NCBI RefSeq assembly: GCF_009914755.1
Contig: NC_060946.1
DNA: 64,000 bases
Origin: the human T2T-CHM13v2.0 reference genome, Homo sapiens
Reading direction: 5' to 3' (one strand)
Shown here: positions 56,801-64,000 of the stretch, one piece after another
How positions within the stretch are numbered: the stretch's first letter is position 1
How the letters are laid out: every line of letters begins with the position of its first letter
Program-made: the position numbers and the translations under genes
The notes under the pieces: generated by a model
The model's input: the letters and a program-made list of their open reading frames with translations, nothing else
What the model was told of the DNA's origin: nothing
Database searches by the model: none

Positions 56801-58250
56801 CACATCACAAACAAGTTTCACAGAATGCTTCTTTCTAGCTTGTAGGGGAAGATATTCCCTTTATCACCATGGGCCTCAAACCGTCCGAAACGTCCACTTC
56901 CATATACTACAAAAAGAGCGTTTCAAACCTGCTCTAGGAAAGGCAATGTTCAACTCTGTGACTTGAATGCAGACATCACAGAGCAGTTTCTGAGAATGCT
57001 TCTGTCTAGATTTTATAGGAAGATATTCCCGTTTCCAACGAAATCTTCACAGCTATCCAAATATCCACTTGCAGATTCTACAAAAAGAGTGTATCAAAAC
57101 TGCTCTGTCAAAAGGAAGGTTCTTCTCTGTTAGTTGAGTACATACGTCATAAAGGAGTTTCTGAGAATCTTTCTGTCTAGTGGTTATGGGAAGATATTTG
57201 CTTTTTCACCTTAGGCCTCAGAGCGCTCCAAATATCCCCTTGCACATCCTACAAAAAGAGTGCTTCAAAGCTGCTCTCTGAAAGGGAATGTTCAACTCTA
57301 TGAGTTGAATGCAAACATCACAAAGACGTTTCTGGGAATGCTTCTGTCTAGATTTGATATGAAGATATTCCCGTTTCCAACGAAATCTTCAAATCTATCC
57401 AAATGTCCACTTGCAGATTCAACAAAAAGTGTTTTTCAGAACTGCTCTATCAAAAGAAAGATCCACCTCTGTTAGCTGAGTTAACACATCACAAACAAGT
57501 TTATGAGAATGCTTCTGTCTAGTTTTTATTTGAAGGTATTTCCTTTCTCACCCTAGACCTGAAAGCTGTCCTAATGTTCACTTCCAGATACTACAGAAAG
57601 AGTGTTTCAAAACTGCTGTACGAAAGGGAATGTTCAACTCTGTGACTTGAATGCACACATCACAAAGAAGTTTCTGAGGATGCTGCTGTCTACATTTGAT
57701 ACGTAATCCCGTTTCCAACGAAATCCTCCAAGCTATCCAAATATCCACTTGCAGATTCCACAGAAAGACTGTTTCAAAACTGCTCTGTCAATAGAAAGGT
57801 TCAACTCTGTTAGCTGCGTGCATATATCCCAAAGAAGATTCTGAGATTGCTTCTGTCTAGTTTTTATGGGAAGATATTTCCCTTTTCACCGTAGGCGTCA
57901 AGGCGCTCCAAATGTCCACTTCCAGATACTACAAAAAGAGTGTTTCAAACCTACTCTGTGAAAGGGAATATTCAACTCTGTGACTTGAATGCAGATATCA
58001 CAAAGAAGTTTCTGAGAATGCTTCTGTCGAGATTTTATATGAAGATATTCCCGTTTCCAACGAAATCCTGAAATCTATCCAAATATCCCCTCGCAGATTC
58101 TACAAAAAGAGTGTTTCAAAACTGCTCTGTAAAAAGAAAGGTTCAACTCTGTTAGTTGAGTACACACATCACAAACAAGTTTCACAGAATGCTTCTTTCT
58201 AGCTTGTAGGGGAAGATATTCCCTTTATCACCATGGGCCTCAAACCGTCC
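50900..58250. repeat. Near-perfect 2728-bp (2-HOR) super-repeat, ~2.7 copies
   Basis: Private variants recur at 2728-bp spacing: GACTCTTTCAAATCTGCTCAG (~50950, 53678, 56406), GATTCTTC..TTCAATAC (~51280, 54008, 56736), GAGAATCTTTC (~51710, 54438, 57166), TTCTGGGAAT, GAGTTAACAC, GAAGGTATT, CTACATTTGAT. Boundaries are approximate. Confidence 0.85.
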
Positions 58251-61200
58251 GAAACGTCAACTTCCATATACTACAAAAAGAGCGTTTCAAACATGCTCTA
58301 TGAAAGGCAATGTTCAACTCTGTGACTTGAATGCAGACATCACAGAGCAGTTTCTGAGAATGCTTCTGTCTAGATTTTATAGGAAGATATTCCCGTTTCC
58401 AACGAAATCTTCACAGCTATCCAAATATCCACTTGCAGATTCTACAAAAAGAGTGTATCAAAACTGCTCTGTCAAAAGGAAGGTTCTTCTCTGTTAGTTG
58501 AGTACATACGTCATAAAGGAGTTTCTGAGAATGTTTCTGTCTAGTGGTTATGGGAAGATATTTGCTTTTTCACCGTAGGCCTCAGAGCGCTCCAAATATC
58601 CCCTTGCACATACTACAAAAAGAGTGCTTCAAAGCTGCTCTCTGAAAGGGAATGTTCAACTCTGTGAGTTGAATGCAAACATCACAAAGACGTTTCTGAG
58701 AATGCTTCTGTCCAGATTTGATATGAAGATATTCCCGTTTCCAACGAAATCTTCAAATCTATCCAAATGTCCACTTGCAGATTCAACAAAAAGTGTTTTT
58801 CAGAACTGCTCTATCAAAAGAAAGATCCACCTCTGTTAGCTGAGTTCACACATCACAAACAAGTTTATGAGAATGCTTCTGTCTAGTTTTTATTTGAAGA
58901 TATTTCCTTTCTCACCATAGACCTGAAAGCTGTCCTAATGTTCACTTCCAGATACTACAGAAAGAGTGTTTCAAAACTGCTGTACGAAAGGGAATGTTCA
59001 ATTCTGGGAGTTGAATGCATACATCACAAAGAAGTTTCTGAGGATGCTGCTGTCTACTTTTTATACGTAATCCCGTTTCCAAAGAAATCCTCCAAGCTAT
59101 CCAAATATCCACTTGCAGATTCCACAGAAAGACTGTTTCAAAACTGCTCTGTCAATAGAAAGGTTCAACTCTGTTAGCTGCGTGCATATATCCCAAAGAA
59201 GATTCTGAGATTGCTTCTGTCTACTTTTTATGAGAAGATATTTCCCTTTTCACCGTAGGCGTCAAGGCGCTCCAAATGTTCACTTCCAGATACTACAAAA
59301 AGAGTGTTTCAAACCTACTCTGTAAAAGGGAATATTCAACTCTGTGACTTGAATGCACATATCACAAAGAAGTTTCTGAGAATGCTTCTGTCGAGATTTT
59401 ATATGAAGATATTCCCGTTTCCAACGAAATCCTGAAATCTATCCAAATATCCCCTCACAGATTCTACAAAAAGAGTGTTTCAAAACTGCTCTGTAAAAAG
59501 AAAGGTTCAACTCTGTTAGTTGAGTACACACATCACAAACAAGTTTCACAGAATGCTTCTTTCTAGCTTGTAGGGGAAGATATTCCCTTTATCACCATGG
59601 GCCTCAAACCGTCCGAAACGTCCACTTCCATATACTACAAAAAGAGCGTTTCAAACCTGCTCTAGGAAAGGCAATGTTCAACTCTGTGACTTGAATGCAG
59701 ACATCACAGAGCAGTTTCTGAGAATGCTTCTGTCTAGATTTTATAGGAAGATATTCCCGTTTCCAACGAAATCTTCACAGCTATCCAAATATCCACTTGC
59801 AGATTCTACAAAAAGAGTGTATCAAAACTGCTCTGTCAAAAGGAAGGTTCTTCTCTGTTAGTTGAGTACATACGTCATAAAGGAGTTTCTGAGAATGTTT
59901 CTGTCTAGTGGTTATGGGAAGATATTTGCTTTTTCACCTTAGGCCTCAGAGCGCTCCAAATATCCCCTTGCACATCCTACAAAAAGAGTGCTTCAAAGCT
60001 GCTCTCTGAAAGGGAATGTTCAACTCTATGAGTTGAATGCAAGCATCACAAAGACGTTTCTGGGAATGCTTCTGTCTAGATTTGATATGAAGATATTCCC
60101 GTTTCCAAAGAAATCTTCAAATCTATCCAAATGTCCACTTGCAGATTCAACAAAAAGTGTTTTTCAGAACTGCTCTATCAAAAGAAAGATCCACCTCTGT
60201 TAGCTGAGTTCACACATCACAAACAAGTTTATGAGAATGCTTCTGTCTAGTTTTTATTTGAAGGTATTTCCTTTCTCACCCTAGACCTGAAAGCTGTCCT
60301 AATGTTCACTTCCAGATACTACAGAAAGAGTGTTTCAAAACTGCTGTACGAAAGGGAATGTTCAACTCTGTGACTTGAATGCACACATCACAAAGAAGTT
60401 TCTGAGGATGCTGCTGTCTACTTTTTATACGTAATCCCGTTTCCAACGAAATCCTCCAAGCTATCCAAATATCCACTTGCAGATTCCACAGAAAGACTGT
60501 TTCAAAACTGCTCTGTCAATAGAAAGGTTCAACTCTGTTAGCTGCGTGCATATATCCCAAAGAAGATTCTGAGATTGCTTCTGTCTAGTTTTTATGGGAA
60601 GATATTTCCCTTTTCACCGTAGGCGTCAAGGCGCTCCAAATGTCCACTTCCAGATACTACAAAAAGAGTGTTTCAAACCTACTCTGTGAAAGGGAATATT
60701 CAACTCTGTGACTTGAATGTAGATATCACAAAGAAGTTTCTGAGAATGCTTCTGTCGAGATTTTATATGAAGATATTCCCGTTTCCAACGAAATCCTGAA
60801 ATCTATCCAAATATCCCCTCGCAGATTCTACAAAAAGAGTGTTTCAAAACTGCTCTGTAAAAAGAAAGGTTCAACTCTGTTAGTTGAGTACACACATCAC
60901 AAACAAGTTTCACAGAATGCTTCTTTCTAGCTTGTAGGGGAAGATATTCCCTTTATCACCATGGGCCTCAAAGCGTCCGAAACGTCCACTTCCATATACT
61001 ACAAAAAGAGCGTTTCAAACCTGCTCTATGAAAGGCAATGTTCAACTCTGTGACTTGAATGCAGACATCACAGAGCAGTTTCTGAGAATGCTTCTGTCTA
61101 GATTTTATAGGAAGATATTCCCGTTTCCAACGAAATCTTCACAGCTATCCAAATATCCACTTGCAGATTCTACAAAAAGAGTGTATCAAAACTGCTCTGT

Positions 61201-64000
61201 CAAAAGGAAGGTTCTTCTCTGTTAGTTGAGTACATACGTCATAAAGGAGTTTCTGAGAATGTTTCTGTCTAGTGGTTATGGGAAGATATTTGCTTTTTCA
61301 CCGTAGGCCTCAGAGCGCTCCAAATATCCCCTTGCACATACTACAAAAAGAGTGCTTCAAAGCTGCTCTCTGAAAGGGAATGTTCAACTCTGTGAGTTGA
61401 ATGCAAACATCACAAAGACGTTTCTGAGAATGCTTCTGTCTAGATTTGATATGAAGATATTCCCGTTTCCAACGAAATCTTCAAATCTATCCAAATGTCC
61501 ACTTGCAGATTCAACAAAAAGTGTTTTTCAGAACTGCTCTATCAAAAGAAAGATCCACCTCTGTTAGCTGAGTTCACACATCACAAACAAGTTTATGAGA
61601 ATGCTTCTGTCTAGTTTTTATTTGAAGATATTTCCTTTCTCACCATAGACCTGAAATCTGTCCTAATGTTCACTTCCAGATACTACAGAAAGAGTGTTTC
61701 AAAACTGCTGTACGAAAGGGAATGTTCAACTCTGGGACTTGAATGCATACATCACAAAGAAGTTTCTGAGGATGCTGCTGTCTACTTTTTATACGTAATC
61801 CCGTTTCCAAAGAAATCCTCCAAGCTATCCAAATATCCACTTGCAGATTCCACAGAAAGACTGTTTCAAAACTGCTCTGTCAATAGAAAGGTTCAACTCT
61901 GTTAGCTGCGTGCATATATCCCAAAGAAGATTCTGAGATTGCTTCTGTCTACTTTTTATGAGAAGATATTTCCCTGTTCACCGTAGGCGTCAAGGCGCTC
62001 CAAATGTTCACTTCCAGATACTACAAAAAGAGTGTTTCAAACCTACTCTGTAAAAGGGAATATTCAACTCTGTGACTTGAATGCACATATCACAAAGAAG
62101 TTTCTGAGAATGCTTCTGTCGAGATTTTATATGAAGATATTCCCGTTTCCAACGAAATCCTGAAATCTATCCAAATATCCCCTCGCAGATTCTACAAAAA
62201 GAGTGTTTCAAAACTGCTCTGTAAAAAGAAAGGTTCAACTCTGTTAGTTGAGTACACACATCACAAACAAGTTTCACAGAATGCTTCTTTCTAGCTTGTA
62301 GGGGAAGATATTCCCTTTATCACCATGGGCCTCCAACCGTCCGAAACGTCCACTTCCATATACTACAAAAACAGCATTTCAAACCTGCTCTAGGAAAGGC
62401 AATGTTCAACTCTGTGACTTGAATGCAGACATCACAGAGCAGTTTCTGAGAATGCTTCTGTCTACATTTTATAGGAAGATATTCCCGTTTCCAACGAAAT
62501 CTTCACAGCTATCCAAATATCCACTTGCAGATTCTACAAAAAGAGTGTATCAAAACTGCTCTGTCAAAAGGAAGGTTCTTCTCTGTTAGTTGAGTACATA
62601 CGTCATAAAGGAGTTTCTGAGAATGTTTCTGTCTAGTGGTTATGGGAAGATATTTGCTTTTTCACCTTAGGCCTCAGAGCGATCCAAATATCCACTTGCA
62701 CATACTACAAAAAGAGTGCTTCAAAGCTGCTCTCTGAAAGTGAATGTTCAACTCTATGAGTTGAATGCAAACATCACAAAGACGTTTCCGAGAATGCTTC
62801 TGTCTAGATTTGATATGAAGATATTCCCGTTTCCAACGAAATCTTCAAATCTATCCAAATGTCTACTTGCAGATTCAACAAAAAGTGTTTTTCAAAACTG
62901 CTGTATCAAAAGAAAGATCCACGTCTGTTAGCTGAGTTCACACATCACAAACAAGTTTATGAGAATGCTTCTGTCTAGTTTTTATTTGAAGATATTTCCT
63001 TTCTCACCATAGACCTGAAAGCTGTTCTAATGTTCACTTCCATATGCTACAGAAAGAGTGTTTCAAAACTGCTGTACGAAAGGGAATGTTCAACTCTGTG
63101 ACTTGAATGCACACATCACAAAGATGTTTCTGAGGATGCTGCTGTGTACTTTTTATACGTAATCCCGTTTCCAACGAAATCCTCCAATCTATCCAAATAT
63201 CCACTTGCAGATTCCACAGAAAGACTGTTTCAAATCTGCTCAGTCAATAGAAAGATTCAACTCTGTTAGCTGCGTGCATATATCACAAAGAAGATTCTGA
63301 GATTGCTTCTGTCTAGTTTTTATGGGAAGATATTTCCCTTTTCACCGTAGGCGTCAAGGCGCTCCAAATGTCCACTTCCAGATACTACAAAAAGAGTGTT
63401 TCAAACCTACTCTGTGAAAGGGAATATTCAACTCAGTGATTTGAATGCAGATATCACAAAGAAGTTTCTGAGAATGCTTCTGTCGAGATTTTATATGAAG
63501 ATATTCCCGTTTCCAACGAAATCCTGAAATCTATCGAAATATCCCCTCGCAGATTCTACAAAAAGAGTGTTTCAAAACTGCTCTGTAAAAAGAAAGGTTC
63601 AACTCTGTTAGTTGAGTACACACATCACAAACAAGTTTCACAGAATGCTTCTTTCTAGCTTGTAGGGGAAGATATTCCCTTTATCACCATGGGCCTCAAA
63701 GCGTCCGAAACGTCCACTTCCATATACTACAAAAAGAGCGTTTCAAACCTGCTCTAGGAAAGGCAATGTTCAACTCTGTGACTTGAATGCAGACATCACA
63801 GAGCAGTTTCTGAGAATGCTTCTGTCTAGATTTTATAGGAGGATATTCCCGTTTCCAATGAAATCTTCACAGCTATCCAAATATCCACTTGCAGATTCTA
63901 CAAAAAGAGTGTATCAAAACTGCTCTGTCAAAAGGAAGGTTCTTCTCTGTTAGGTGAGTGCATACGTCATAAAGGAGTTTCTGAGAATGTTTCTGTCTAG

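Larger units (their letters stand above)
1..64000 (-). repeat. Centromeric alpha-satellite HOR array, 8-mer, 1364-bp period, ~47 copies, SF2 (D1/D2)-type dimeric structure
   Basis: Seen: alphoid motifs (GTTCAACTCTGTGACTTGAATGCA, GAAGTTTCTGAGAATGCTTCTGTC, CAAAAAGAGTGTTTCAAAACTGC) recur about every 171 bp. The same ORF recurs at 1225, 2589, 3953 ... 40781 in exact multiples of 1364 bp. CENP-B boxes occur in every second monomer. The minus strand reads GATTTCGTTGGAAACGGGAATATCTTC, as in SF2 B-type monomers (established knowledge). Confidence 0.99.

Noticed and set aside
1225-62931. Recurrent 65-113 aa ORFs on the plus strand (MLQSCSLK..., MKGNVQLC..., MFTSRYY...)
   Set aside because: Chance stop-free frames in alpha satellite, repeated with the HOR. 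Many start at GTG/TTG, they appear and disappear with single SNPs, and they have no recognisable domain or gene structure.
1-64000. CRISPR-like or other repeat-spacer system
   Set aside because: The sequence between conserved motifs is itself repeated alphoid DNA with no unique spacers, and there are no cas or other genes.
1-64000. L1/Alu insertion, inversion or whole-monomer deletion variants
   Set aside because: None seen. Marker spacing stays at 1364 (or 1401) throughout and box orientation never flips.

Overview
The whole 64-kb window is one uninterrupted block of primate (almost certainly human) centromeric alpha-satellite DNA. About 171-bp monomers form A/B dimers (~340 bp), which build an 8-monomer, 1364-bp higher-order repeat (HOR) of about 47 head-to-tail copies. 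All copies share one orientation, with CENP-B boxes reading on the minus strand. The monomers look like suprachromosomal family 2 (D1/D2). The 8-mer size and a 680-bp XbaI-TaqI fragment point to the chr14/chr22 live array (D14Z9/D22Z1), but this is an inference. I see no real genes, RNA genes, transposons, inversions or CRISPR arrays, and all ORFs are repeat artefacts. I found no evidence of a new gene-encoded system. The interesting signal is array evolution: (i) a 37-bp sub-monomer duplication giving a 1401-bp HOR variant in three copies, apparently a chimeric junction between two HOR haplotypes; (ii) nested 1-HOR and 2-HOR tandem duplications plus duplications offset by 7, 8 and 14 HORs; (iii) a haplotype transition near 29-31 kb; (iv) recurrent CENP-B box loss at one CpG; (v) several doublet substitutions to AA. 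All variant calls were made by eye and need alignment to confirm.
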